IMG/VR virus record: IMGVR_UViG_3300037493_004106
Span: 1 to 52,885 of that record
Direction: 5' to 3' (one strand)
DNA: 52,885 bases
DNA from: a virus
Taxonomy: Duplodnaviria > Caudoviricetes
The notes under the pieces are model-generated. The model did not search any database. It was given only the letters and a program-made list of their open reading frames with translations, and was not told the DNA's origin. Numbering within the stretch: the stretch's first letter is position 1; every line of letters begins with the position of its first letter. Shown here piece after piece: positions 7,984 to 16,742 of this stretch. The translations under genes were made by a program, and so were the position numbers.

Positions 7984-8009
7984 GGTTGTTCTGATTTTGA
8001 CTATATTTG
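7981..8009 (+). promoter_or_regulatory. Bacteroidota-type housekeeping promoter (candidate)
   Basis: TTTG (7981-7984) and TATATTTG (8002-8009) match the -33/-7 consensus TTTG/TAnnTTTG; 17-nt spacer is short. Confidence 0.5.
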
Positions 8010-8029
8010 CTTATTATTTGTATGTTTTT

Positions 8030-8317
8030 ATGTTTTATCAGTTGCCTAATGGCAAAACTATTATTATCTCTATAGAAGACTATCTAGATATGAGTGATGC
8101 CGACATAGATTTTTTAGTAAAAGCAAATGTGGGTAGTCAATTAAACAATCCATGGGCAAATTCTGCAATAAAGGAAGAAAAGAAAAAAAAAGAATCTACA
8201 GATTTAGATTATGAGTATGAAGATGATGATGATGAATCATTTGATAATACTGACATTTCAATAGAAGATATAGAAACATCTATTGAAGAACTTCCTGACA
8301 ATCTTCTCAATATTTAA
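8030..8317 (+). CDS. Hypothetical protein with acidic C-terminal tail
   Basis: Likely start ATG 8030 (MFYQLPNGKTIIISIEDYL); the track's N-terminal extension spans the terminator and promoter. Confidence 0.75.
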   Translation: MFYQLPNGKTIIISIEDYLDMSDADIDFLVKANVGSQLNNPWANSAIKEEKKKKESTDLDYEYEDDDDESFDNTDISIEDIETSIEELPDNLLNI

Positions 8318-8325
8318 TAAAATTA

Positions 8326-8396
8326 ACTGTTCCGGAACAGTAATATAATACATAGGTAAGGGTCTTCCTATTGTATTATTAAATCTATAGACCTAT
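8326..8396 (+). promoter_or_regulatory. Perfect 16-bp palindrome plus stem-loop / possible pseudoknot leader
   Basis: ACTGTTCCGGAACAGT (8326-8341); stem 8345-8356/8367-8379; loop GGTCT complementary to AGACC (8389-8393). Confidence 0.5.
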
Positions 8397-8417
8397 TAAC
8401 TCAATAATCTATTTATT

Positions 8418-8876
8418 ATGAATTCAAAAGTAAAAGTACTAGCTAATGAAGCTGGTAGCACAGTAATTGTATCAGAAAACAATCCAGAGTATGGTCACAT
8501 CAGTGTATGCCAAGAACGAGCTCAATTTGATGAAAAAACAAGCTTTGTAAAAATTAAAACTACTTATGCACTTATTGCTGGTAAAGTAGAAGATTTACGC
8601 AAATTAGGATGGACTGCTAACAAAGAATTGCCTGGTAAAATTGTAATTAAAGAATCATTGAATTCTTTTAATACAAAAGAACCACAACGCGATTATAAAT
8701 ATGCTGGTGATTCTGGTATTGTTTGTACAGTAAATGATCAACCAATTTATCGCAAATTATTCTATAGCCCAAGTGAGGAGTCTAAAGATGCATTTGTAGC
8801 ACATGATAATGGAGAAGTTATTAAAGCTTCTTATCGCCAAGCTCTTGCTGCTAATAAAGAAGAGTTCGAAGCATAA
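8418..8876 (+). CDS. Crassvirales-type protein, putative ssDNA-binding protein
   Basis: Beta-rich 152 aa with acidic/aromatic tail (EEFEA), own structured leader and terminator; function inferred. Confidence 0.55.
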   Translation: MNSKVKVLANEAGSTVIVSENNPEYGHISVCQERAQFDEKTSFVKIKTTYALIAGKVEDLRKLGWTANKELPGKIVIKESLNSFNTKEPQRDYKYAGDSGIVCTVNDQPIYRKLFYSPSEESKDAFVAHDNGEVIKASYRQALAANKEEFEA

Positions 8877-8895
8877 GCAAAATAAATAAGTAGAG

Positions 8896-8923
8896 AAAGG
8901 GGAGGCAAATGCTTCCCCTTTTT
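8896..8923 (+). terminator. Intrinsic terminator
   Basis: AAAGGGGAGGC-AAAT-GCTTCCCCTTTTT. Confidence 0.8.
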
Positions 8924-8955
8924 CATATATAAAAACAACTAAAAAAATAAATATT

Positions 8956-9387
8956 ATGGTTCCGCATAAACAAATAGAAAGAATGAATTTTAGCATTGAT
9001 AAATTCAATGACTATCAAAATTTCTTATACAAAAGATTAATGTTTGGATTGAAAGCATATCCTAAACATGAAACTGATAAGATGACAAAAGAAAAGAGAC
9101 AATCTATAATGAAATTACATTATAAAGCACAAAGTGAATTAAATGTTTGGAAACAAACTCTTTGTAATGACTTGTGCAATAAGTTTCTTAAGGTAACATT
9201 TCCTAAAAGTATTCTAGCTAGTATACTTGTAGAAAAATATGGTAATGATACTGATGTAAATTACTTTAATAAAGTAAACTTTAAAGATCTAAAGATTAAT
9301 AAAGAAGATATTATTAGTAAATTTATAGATCTAAAATTACTACCACTAAACTATTATAAACTAACAAATGAAAAGCTATGCAAATAG
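8956..9387 (+). CDS. Hypothetical protein
   Basis: 143-aa ORF. Confidence 0.75.
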   Translation: MVPHKQIERMNFSIDKFNDYQNFLYKRLMFGLKAYPKHETDKMTKEKRQSIMKLHYKAQSELNVWKQTLCNDLCNKFLKVTFPKSILASILVEKYGNDTDVNYFNKVNFKDLKINKEDIISKFIDLKLLPLNYYKLTNEKLCK

Positions 9388-9614
9388 AATTTTTAGTGAA
9401 TGGTGGTATATCAATCATATTATCACCAGAAAATGATATGGAGATTGCTTTACTTAAACAATTCTGTAAACAGAAAAATGATATTACAGAAATTAGATCA
9501 AGTATTATAATACTTAATAAAACACACAGAGGTGGAGTACTTATTGGTAAGGAAACTATAGGCAAATCAGAAATTGATGAAATTAAAAAAGAAGATTTGC
9601 AGCAATTGCAATAA
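9378..9614 (+). CDS. Hypothetical protein
   Basis: ORF overlapping both neighbours. Confidence 0.65.
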   Translation: MQIEFLVNGGISIILSPENDMEIALLKQFCKQKNDITEIRSSIIILNKTHRGGVLIGKETIGKSEIDEIKKEDLQQLQ

Positions 9615-10002
9615 GGAAGAAATCATTTGGAAAAATAGTGGAGGCAAGAGATTTTGTCAGAAGTGCTGGAAACTGGAGTTGACATGCACCTACATCAAAA
9701 AGAGTAAACCAATCAAGAAAAAGGCAAAATCTCTTCCTCGCTATTCCAAAAAAAGAAAAGAACTAGATAAAGAATACTCTGAAAGCAGAAAGATATTTTT
9801 ATCTAACTATCCTTTATGTCAAGCTCATTTACCAAGCATATGTACTCAGTTATCTACTGATGTACATCATGTTGCTGGTAGAATGGGATCACTCTATTTA
9901 GATAAAACCAATTGGTTATCTCTTTGTAGATCCTGTCATATGTGGATAGAAAATAATTTAAAATTAGCTCGAGAAATGGGCTTATCTAAAAGTAAAATTT
10001 AA
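9574..10002 (+). CDS. HNH endonuclease with N-terminal zinc ribbon
   Basis: CSNC...CQKC; C...C...TDVHHVAGR...NWLSLCRSCH. Confidence 0.85.
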   Translation: MMKLKKKICSNCNKEEIIWKNSGGKRFCQKCWKLELTCTYIKKSKPIKKKAKSLPRYSKKRKELDKEYSESRKIFLSNYPLCQAHLPSICTQLSTDVHHVAGRMGSLYLDKTNWLSLCRSCHMWIENNLKLAREMGLSKSKI

Positions 10003-10561
10003 AACTTAGAAATCATGGGACAATATGGAAAATATTTTGTATATTTGACCCATGAAAAGATCGAAATTATATACACTATGGTGCGCCATAAAGTCTAGAT
10101 GTTTTAATAAAAATATTAAAACTTACAAATATTATGGAGGAAGAAATATAACCTTGTATGAATTATGGAAAAATGATTTTTCTTTATTTAAAGATTATGT
10201 TTCTTCTTTAGAAAACTATGATGTTTCTAATATTTGTAGAAATGGAATAACTTTAGATAGAATAAATTCTGATAAAAATTATGAACCAGGCAATCTGCGT
10301 TGGGTAAATATGGAATTGCAATGCAGAAATAGAAGAAAAAAAAATAACTCTAAAAGCAAATACATAGGTGTATCTGAGGATAAAAGTGGTACAAGATTAA
10401 AAAAATGGTCTGCTAGAATTACTATTAATAAAAAAACTATAAGAATAGGAAGATATCATACTCAAGAAGAAGCTAAGCAGGCAAGAGATCAGTATATTAT
10501 TGATCATAAATTAGAAAACTTTATGTTAAACAATTAAAAACTAGAAATTATCGGACAATAT
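10001..10561 (+). mobile_element. Free-standing homing endonuclease insertion bounded by an imperfect 26-bp direct repeat of a gene start
   Basis: AAAACTTAGAAATCATGGGACAATAT (10001-10026) versus AAAAACTAGAAATTATCGGACAATAT (10536-10561). Confidence 0.75.
10052..10537 (+). CDS. HNH-type endonuclease with C-terminal AP2 DNA-binding domain
   Basis: W..IKSRC...YGGRNI...TLDRINSDKNYEPGNLRW; AP2-like YIGVS...KWSARI...IGRY..QEEA; TATATTTG -7 box at 10040-10047. Confidence 0.9.
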   Translation: MKRSKLYTLWCAIKSRCFNKNIKTYKYYGGRNITLYELWKNDFSLFKDYVSSLENYDVSNICRNGITLDRINSDKNYEPGNLRWVNMELQCRNRRKKNNSKSKYIGVSEDKSGTRLKKWSARITINKKTIRIGRYHTQEEAKQARDQYIIDHKLENFMLNN

Positions 10562-11083
10562 TACGTAGCAGTAAATATGGATGACATGGAACATGTTAGT
10601 CCATATAAATATGATAATGGTGCTAAACTTATGGAGCATTCATATGTAGGAAATAACTTTGTAGAAGCTGTAGAGTTTTTACTTATTGATGATGGAGAGC
10701 AAAAAGCTAGATGGTCTGGCAAAAGAATAGTATGGGCAGGTGATTATGCAGATCCTGAAGAAAAAGATGGAAATAATCTTTATGATAAAGCAGAAGGCAA
10801 TGGACTTCAAATGTTAATAGAAGCTTCACCAAGTAACTATCTTTACCTAGTGAATCTAGATAAAAAAGAATATGTAAACAAAACTAAGTGTCCTAAATAT
10901 GGCGAAGACAATGATTGGCAAATACATCCTCTTCCTCTATTAACAGCAGATGGTAATGGTAGAGGTGGTGGAGATTATCGAGAAGATAACAACTATGTAG
11001 GTACATGGTCTAGAAATAGAATAGCTCTTATGAAAGAACCACCTGCAGGATACATGGAGATAACACCTAATTTTACAGAGTAG
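10550..11083 (+). CDS. Phage protein of the (M)GQYY...IHPLPLLT type; start codon uncertain
   Basis: Frame open from ATC 10550 (xGQYYVAVNMD), first ATG 10577; WAGDY, IHPLPLLTADGNGRGGGDY. Confidence 0.8.
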   Translation: MGQYYVAVNMDDMEHVSPYKYDNGAKLMEHSYVGNNFVEAVEFLLIDDGEQKARWSGKRIVWAGDYADPEEKDGNNLYDKAEGNGLQMLIEASPSNYLYLVNLDKKEYVNKTKCPKYGEDNDWQIHPLPLLTADGNGRGGGDYREDNNYVGTWSRNRIALMKEPPAGYMEITPNFTE

Positions 11084-11085
11084 CT

Positions 11086-11301
11086 ATGAATAAAGACAAA
11101 CACATATGGGAAGGATGGACTGTATCTGATTTTATAGATGCATTAGAACCTAGGTTTAATCAAATAACACAGAATCAATCCTGGCAAAAACCTTTTGAGA
11201 GTAAGGAAGAACTCAAAAGATGGTGTATGGATAATCAACCATACTATAAAAAACATATTCCAGAAGTTTATAATCATTTTAAAAGTAAAATCAATTTATG
11301 A
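11086..11301 (+). CDS. Hypothetical phage protein
   Basis: HIWEGWTV...WCMDNQPYYKK. Confidence 0.8.
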   Translation: MNKDKHIWEGWTVSDFIDALEPRFNQITQNQSWQKPFESKEELKRWCMDNQPYYKKHIPEVYNHFKSKINL

Positions 11302-11501
11302 AAAAGAAATTTAAAAGTGGTGACTTTATAGAAAATATTTATACAGGTGAAATTGAAATGATTGATGAAATAGAAAGCACAATATTAGGAGGCTTTTGCT
11401 TATATGTCTATTCAGAAGATTGGTCACAATTTGTAAGAATACTTTCACTAGAACAGTATAGAGTTATTTCTCCAAAAGAAATAAAATTTAATTTAAAATA
11501 A
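11298..11501 (+). CDS. Hypothetical protein
   Basis: ATGA-coupled ORF, KFKSGD start. Confidence 0.65.
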   Translation: MKKKFKSGDFIENIYTGEIEMIDEIESTILGGFCLYVYSEDWSQFVRILSLEQYRVISPKEIKFNLK

Positions 11502-11507
11502 ATATTT

Positions 11508-11636
11508 ATGGGTAAAATGAAAGAAGTATTTATTCTTAAACAAGAGCATATTAAATATTATCCGGAAGATAAAGACAAACCAGATTCTTATTTTATAAAA
11601 CTCTATCTAGATAAATTAAATAAAAAAAATAAATAA
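11508..11636 (+). CDS. Small hypothetical protein (42 aa, not in track)
   Basis: MGKMKEVFI...; fills the gap before the helicase. Confidence 0.55.
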   Translation: MGKMKEVFILKQEHIKYYPEDKDKPDSYFIKLYLDKLNKKNK

Positions 11637-11642
11637 AACTTT

Positions 11643-12586
11643 ATGAATAGGGATATAGTCCAAAAAGAAGCTCTTTCAATTTTGTGTTCCTACTCTAGAT
11701 GTGGAGTAGGAATATCAGTTGGAATTGGTAAAACACTTATAGCACTTAAACATTTGGAGGCAAACTATAAACCTGATATTAAAGTTTTAGTTGTTGCTCC
11801 TAAAAAAAGTATATACACATCTTGGATAGATGATTCAAAGAAATTTAGTCTTGAATATTTATTAAGAAACATAGAGTTTACTACATATTTATCCTTAAAT
11901 AAAAAAGACTTTAACTATGATATTATTTATTTGGATGAAGCTCATAGTTTAAAACTTAATCATGACTCGTGGTTATCTAAATATACTGGTAAAATACTAG
12001 GATTAACTGGTACACCACCAAGAGATGATAAATCAGAGAAGGCTTATATGATCAATAAGTATTGTCCTATTGTCTATAGATACATTATTAAGAAAGCTGT
12101 TGATGATAAAATATTAAATGACTATAGAATTGTAGTACATCCATTATATCTAGATAGTGATAAAAATGTTAAACTAAAACATGGCAATAAAGAATGGTAT
12201 AGCTCTGAAACAGAAATATATGATTATTGGTCTAAAAGAATTAATAATTCTAAAACTAAGAAAGAGCAACAAATAATGAATGTAATGCGAATGAAAGCTA
12301 TGATGGATTTTCCTAGTAAGCTTCATTATGCTAAAAGTCTATTAGAAAGCTCTCCTAATAAATGCATAGTGTTTGCTAATACACAAGAGCAAGCAGATAG
12401 ATTATGTAAGGATAGCTATCATAGTAATAATCCTAACTCTGAAGATACCCTAATCAAATTTAAAAATAATGAAATCAATAGATTATCATGTGTTTTACAA
12501 TTAAATGAGGGTGTAAATATTCCTAATCTAAAAGAAGGAATAATTATGCATGCTTATGGTAATGAAAGAAAGAGTGTCCAGAGGAT
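11643..12586 (+). CDS. Superfamily 2 (DEAH-box) helicase, exon 1
   Basis: GIGKT, DEAH, TGT, LNEGVNIP; breaks inside motif VI (QR-I). Confidence 0.9.
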
Positions 12587-12747
12587 AAACATACCTGTCC
12601 TCTTTAAATCCCTTTAATTGTCTGGAAAGCTAAGTCAGAAATGATATGCCAATCAGCAGCCAAGCCTAAGCAGTCTGCTTATGAAGGTTCAGAGACTATC
12701 TAGAAATAGAGTACATGTAATTAGCTATTACATGGAAACGGGGGACA

Positions 12748-12778
12748 TTTGCATAATTAAATATTTTATCTACCTTTG
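12748..12778 (+). promoter_or_regulatory. Intron-internal Bacteroidota-type promoter for the homing endonuclease
   Basis: TTTG-N19-TACCTTTG matches the consensus. Confidence 0.7.
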
Positions 12779-12799
12779 CTTTGTACAATACACAAAGAT

Positions 12800-13684
12800 A
12801 TGGAAGATATAAAATATAAACTTTATTCATTAAGTGATGAAACTGGTGTTAGATATATTGGAATAACAAAGCAAAAGTTATTATATAGATTATCTGGACA
12901 TCTCGCATCATGTAGACAAGCATTTAAAAACAAAAAATCTAGACATTATAGACATTGTTGGATAAAATCTCTATTGGATAGAAACATTAAACCCACAATA
13001 TCTTTAATAGCTGAATTTAATTCTTCTGAACAAGTTAAACAAGTTGAAATTGCTACTATTAAGTTATATAAAAACTTAGTAAATGGTACAGCTGGTGGTG
13101 ATGGAATAAGAGAATATAAATTCAGTGAAGAATATCTAGAAACTAAAAGATTTAAAGTGGATCAATATGATTTACATGGAAATCTTTTAGCAACATTTAA
13201 AAGTTTGTCAGAAGCTTCATTAATAATAACAGGAACTGAAAAATATAATGGAAAAATTTCAGCTGTTACAAAAGGAAAATACGGAAGAAGAACAGCATTT
13301 GGTTGTGTATGGAGAATACATAACGAGCCATTTGATAAATATCCAGTTACTCCACAAATAAATATTACTGAAGCTCAAAAAAAAGCATTAAGCAAAAGAC
13401 AATTAGAAAATAATGTAATGAAAAATAAATTGGGTTTACAAAATATAAAAAGTAAACCTGTACTAATACTAAATACTGAAAATGTAATATTAAATATTGC
13501 TGAATCAGTTAGAGAAGTTGCTGTCATTACTAAATTATCAAGAAGTTGTGTTGCTAAAATGTTTAAATTGAATAAAGAAGTTGCTGGTTATAAACTAGCA
13601 TATGCAAATGAAGATATAGTCCAATCCTTACAGAAATGTAAGAGTTCAACATTAACAGCTTTTGTTGGACAAACTTATGCCTAG
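12800..13684 (+). CDS. Intron-encoded GIY-YIG homing endonuclease with NUMOD1-like domains
   Basis: KLYSL...RYIGIT...RLSGH...E...N; VDQYDLHGNLLATFKSLSEAS; likely start ATG 12800. Confidence 0.88.
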   Translation: MEDIKYKLYSLSDETGVRYIGITKQKLLYRLSGHLASCRQAFKNKKSRHYRHCWIKSLLDRNIKPTISLIAEFNSSEQVKQVEIATIKLYKNLVNGTAGGDGIREYKFSEEYLETKRFKVDQYDLHGNLLATFKSLSEASLIITGTEKYNGKISAVTKGKYGRRTAFGCVWRIHNEPFDKYPVTPQINITEAQKKALSKRQLENNVMKNKLGLQNIKSKPVLILNTENVILNIAESVREVAVITKLSRSCVAKMFKLNKEVAGYKLAYANEDIVQSLQKCKSSTLTAFVGQTYA

Positions 13685-13832
13685 AGGTAGGCTATTAAGA
13701 TTAAATCCTGATGATACAGCTATTGTAAGAATACTATGTTATAAAGATACAGTTGATGAGAAATGGGTATCTACTGCACTATTAGATTTTGATAATGACA
13801 AAATAATGTGGGTTACTGATAATGAATTATGA
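13685..13832 (+). CDS. SF2 helicase, exon 2 (spliced product 363 aa)
   Basis: (I)GRLLRLNPDDTAIVRILCYKDTVDEKWV... to TGA 13832. Confidence 0.9.
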
Positions 13833-13960
13833 AAAAGAACACTAATAAAAAGAAAGAAAAATGTTTACATTTGTTTACTCATATTAAAAATTCTGGGAAA
13901 AAGACTGGTATTTCAAGATGGAAATGTATCTTTTGTAAAAAAACAACAAAATCAAACTAA
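13829..13960 (+). CDS. Small basic zinc-finger-like protein (43 aa)
   Basis: ATGA coupling; CLH...CIFC. Confidence 0.55.
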   Translation: MKKNTNKKKEKCLHLFTHIKNSGKKTGISRWKCIFCKKTTKSN

Positions 13961-13961
13961 T

Positions 13962-14240
13962 ATGCCTTGTACAGCATTGGAAATTAATAAAGAAGGTATT
14001 GCTCATAAAGTAAAATTCATTACTCAACAAAATGAAAAATACTTAGTTGTATTTATTTATGGTTGTAATAATGAATTTATACCTTATGGTAATCCTGAAC
14101 TTACAGCTTCTGATATGACAGAAGAAGAATATCACAAAAAGCTAAGACTTGAAGCAAATAAGAATGGTCAATTTATAAAAGAACAATCCACAGACCCAGA
14201 ATGGAATCCTAATTACAATAAACAAGATGTTGAACTTTAA
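13962..14240 (+). CDS. Hypothetical protein
   Basis: 92-aa ORF. Confidence 0.7.
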   Translation: MPCTALEINKEGIAHKVKFITQQNEKYLVVFIYGCNNEFIPYGNPELTASDMTEEEYHKKLRLEANKNGQFIKEQSTDPEWNPNYNKQDVEL

Positions 14241-14538
14241 AGTTGTATGTATAAATGATTCTGATAAACCAGAAGATATTCCTTCATCCAAATGGGTAAA
14301 GAAAGATCAAATTTATACTGTAATAGAAGTAAGTAAAATGAGGATGCAAGGTAATAAACTGGGATTTAAACTAGCTGAAATTAATTTAGATAGTTGTTTC
14401 CCATATCAATACTTTGCATCTTCTAGATTTATGCCCTTACTAAGAATCAAAGATATGTCAATAGAAGAGACACTTGAAAGATTATTAGAAGAAGTAAAAA
14501 AGGAAGAATTACAAAATGAAAAAATACAGCAAGCGTAG
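14227..14538 (+). CDS. Hypothetical phage protein
   Basis: VVCINDS...WVKKDQIYTV...RF. Confidence 0.75.
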   Translation: MLNFKVVCINDSDKPEDIPSSKWVKKDQIYTVIEVSKMRMQGNKLGFKLAEINLDSCFPYQYFASSRFMPLLRIKDMSIEETLERLLEEVKKEELQNEKIQQA

Positions 14539-14608
14539 TACACATGCATTAATTATAGCTTATGTAGCTTTAGTTATAACCTTATTGATGCTTTTTAAAA
14601 TCATTTAA
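14516..14608 (+). CDS. Small single-TM peptide (30 aa)
   Basis: MKKYSKRSTHALIIAYVALVITLLMLFKII. Confidence 0.4.
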   Translation: MKKYSKRSTHALIIAYVALVITLLMLFKII

Positions 14609-14615
14609 ATTATTT

Positions 14616-15308
14616 ATGGAAAAAGAATTATCACTTGCCGCGAGGAGGAAGATATACTATTGTTGTGTAAAAAATAATAAAACAATGATTGACACTTCTA
14701 AAATGTTAAACCTGCATATAGATGTTATAAGACAATACATGGAAAAGTTATTCTTAGATCCTAAAGAAAGATTAAAAGTAACTTCTAGTAAAGATTTGAT
14801 ATATCCTGAAAAAAGAAAAATATGTAGTGAATTTACTGGATATTATATGGAACTTACTGAAGATGATATGTTAGTTGGACCAATGTATGATCTTAAAGAA
14901 GTATCTAAAGAAGACTTTATTTATTATCCAACTAAAGTAGAATCTTTTACTGAAAGATTTAAAAGGATAATGGATAGTGGTGTTGAATTTTATCAGGAAT
15001 TTGAAAAACAGGATACCTTACCAAAAGAACCAATTAAGGGAAGAAAGAAAAAATTCAAGTATTATATAGTAGATGAGAAAGGAAAATACTTTTGTTATAA
15101 CACTTTTAGAGGAAAAGCCACTATGGTTAATCCAAATAAAAATAATAAAGCTCCTGTTACAGCAGCAGTAATGACAAAAGAAAATGCTGAAAATAAAATT
15201 GCTCACTTATTAGAGCATACACCTAATCTATCTAATACATTAGAAAAAGAAAGGAAAAAAAGAAATTTTAATGATTTTGAAACACTACGCCTTTTAAAAA
15301 AAGAATAA
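14616..15308 (+). CDS. Hypothetical protein, possible N-terminal HTH
   Basis: TMIDTSKMLNLHIDVIRQY resembles an HTH. Confidence 0.65.
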   Translation: MEKELSLAARRKIYYCCVKNNKTMIDTSKMLNLHIDVIRQYMEKLFLDPKERLKVTSSKDLIYPEKRKICSEFTGYYMELTEDDMLVGPMYDLKEVSKEDFIYYPTKVESFTERFKRIMDSGVEFYQEFEKQDTLPKEPIKGRKKKFKYYIVDEKGKYFCYNTFRGKATMVNPNKNNKAPVTAAVMTKENAENKIAHLLEHTPNLSNTLEKERKKRNFNDFETLRLLKKE

Positions 15309-15310
15309 CT

Positions 15311-15754
15311 ATGAGTAAAATATTATTAATAATTGGTAGCATATCTGTTGGAATAATAGTAGGTGCTATAGTCTTTGAAAAACCTATTTATAATAAACAA
15401 AATTTTATAAATGAAACAAGTAAAGAAAAAGATACACTACCTGCATTAACAAAAGAGAATGTTCTTAAAGAAATTATATTGGCTGATATCAAAGAACCAT
15501 TGATAGTATATAAACAAATATTAAAAGAAACTGGTCATCTTAAATGCAAAAACTGCTCATTAAAGTATAATAATCTATTCGGGTTTACTTCTAAAAAGAT
15601 GATTAAATTTAACCATTGGATAGATAGTATAGCTTTTTATAAAGAGTGGCAAAAGCAATATAAAAATGGTGACTATTATGCTTTCTTAATAAAAGTATGG
15701 GGTGCGCCTAATATGGAAAAGTATGTAGAAACACTTAAACAAATTAGAATATAG
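15311..15754 (+). CDS. Membrane-anchored glucosaminidase (GH73-like) peptidoglycan hydrolase
   Basis: N-terminal TM; QILKETG...NNLFG...F..W.DS...Y. Confidence 0.75.
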   Translation: MSKILLIIGSISVGIIVGAIVFEKPIYNKQNFINETSKEKDTLPALTKENVLKEIILADIKEPLIVYKQILKETGHLKCKNCSLKYNNLFGFTSKKMIKFNHWIDSIAFYKEWQKQYKNGDYYAFLIKVWGAPNMEKYVETLKQIRI

Positions 15755-15774
15755 AAATAGTAAAAAACAAGAAG

Positions 15775-16152
15775 ATGAGTAAAACACAATTACAAATAGA
15801 TGAAAAATTCTACCATCCTGACTTAAATCTTTTACTTTGTTGTCGTGATATATACTTTAATATGTGTTATGATGATGAAACTTATACTAGTCATTTAAAG
15901 GATTATAAAAAAAGATACATAATAGATAATTCTGGATCATTTCATACTTCTGATTATAAGTTTAAAAATGACTGGAAAGAGTTTATTGTTATTGATGCTA
16001 AATTTGATGGTGGAACTAGTGGTCATGATCCCTATCCTGATGCTTGGGTAGTATATTGTAGTCCTATTGAAGATCCTAACATTATTATCAAATTTCATCA
16101 ATTAACTCATTGTTATGCTCATACCATTGATGAAGTTAACCTAATAAATTAA
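15775..16152 (+). CDS. Hypothetical protein
   Basis: GGTSGHDPYPDAW. Confidence 0.7.
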   Translation: MSKTQLQIDEKFYHPDLNLLLCCRDIYFNMCYDDETYTSHLKDYKKRYIIDNSGSFHTSDYKFKNDWKEFIVIDAKFDGGTSGHDPYPDAWVVYCSPIEDPNIIIKFHQLTHCYAHTIDEVNLIN

Positions 16153-16168
16153 GTAAAAGAGATAAATT

Positions 16169-16531
16169 ATGAATAAATTAAAAGATATAGTACCAATACA
16201 ACAAGAGAGAGACTTAAAAGAATTAGGTTTTAATTTTGAGAATGAACATTGTTATCTAAAAGAAAAGCTTTCTCTATTTAAAGTTGAAGAACCTTATGAT
16301 ACTTTTGATCTTATATTATTCTCACAAGCTTTTAGATGGTTTAGAGAGAAACATGGTCATGCAGGTTTTATAGAATTAATAGAACCAGAATATGGTGGTG
16401 ACTATGGATATGCTATTTATTACAAACTTAATCATCTATCAGTAGATCACTGGAACAAAGGTTTTAAAACCTATGAAGAAGCAGAACTTGCTTGTCTAGA
16501 TAAACTAATAGAAATAGTAAAAACTAAATAA
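16169..16531 (+). CDS. Hypothetical Bacteroidota phage protein
   Basis: LKELGF...QAFRWFREKH...TYEEAELACL. Confidence 0.8.
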   Translation: MNKLKDIVPIQQERDLKELGFNFENEHCYLKEKLSLFKVEEPYDTFDLILFSQAFRWFREKHGHAGFIELIEPEYGGDYGYAIYYKLNHLSVDHWNKGFKTYEEAELACLDKLIEIVKTK

Positions 16532-16532
16532 G

Positions 16533-16742
16533 ATGACACCAAAAGGAAAAGCAGAAGAGTTATGGATTACTTATAGGTTTGCATTATCGATTAAGAATGC
16601 ACCATTAGGTGAACAAAAAGATTTAATAGCTAAGCAATGTGCTTTAATAGCAGTTGATGAGATATTAAAAGTAGCTTTTTATGCAACAGATGAAATATAT
16701 AATTATTATTTAGAAGTGAAACAAGAAATAGAAAAATTATGA
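16533..16742 (+). CDS. Hypothetical Bacteroidota phage protein
   Basis: MTPK.KAEEL...AKQCALIAVDEI...EVKQEIEKL. Confidence 0.8.
   Translation: MTPKGKAEELWITYRFALSIKNAPLGEQKDLIAKQCALIAVDEILKVAFYATDEIYNYYLEVKQEIEKL

Larger units (their letters stand above)
12587..13684 (+). ncRNA. Group I self-splicing intron (IA2-like)
   Basis: P1 AGAGGAT/GTCCTCT with U-G at the 5' splice site; P10 TACCT/AGGTA; Q AATCAGCAG, R GGTTCAGAGACTA, S GAAGATATAGTCC; P8 CATTTGCATA/TATGCAAATG; terminal G 13684; splicing restores QRIGRLLR. Confidence 0.95.

Noticed and set aside
7943-8029. N-terminal TM segment of the 124-aa track ORF
   Set aside because: It is translation of a T-rich terminator/promoter region; ATG 8030 is the better start
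10027-10549. Group I intron or intein around the HNH-AP2 gene
   Set aside because: No P/Q/R/S core or room for one, and the nuclease is out of frame with the upstream start and has its own stop
12587-12617. Helicase as a truncated pseudogene ending ...INIPVLFKSL
   Set aside because: This tail is read-through into the group I intron; splicing restores motif VI
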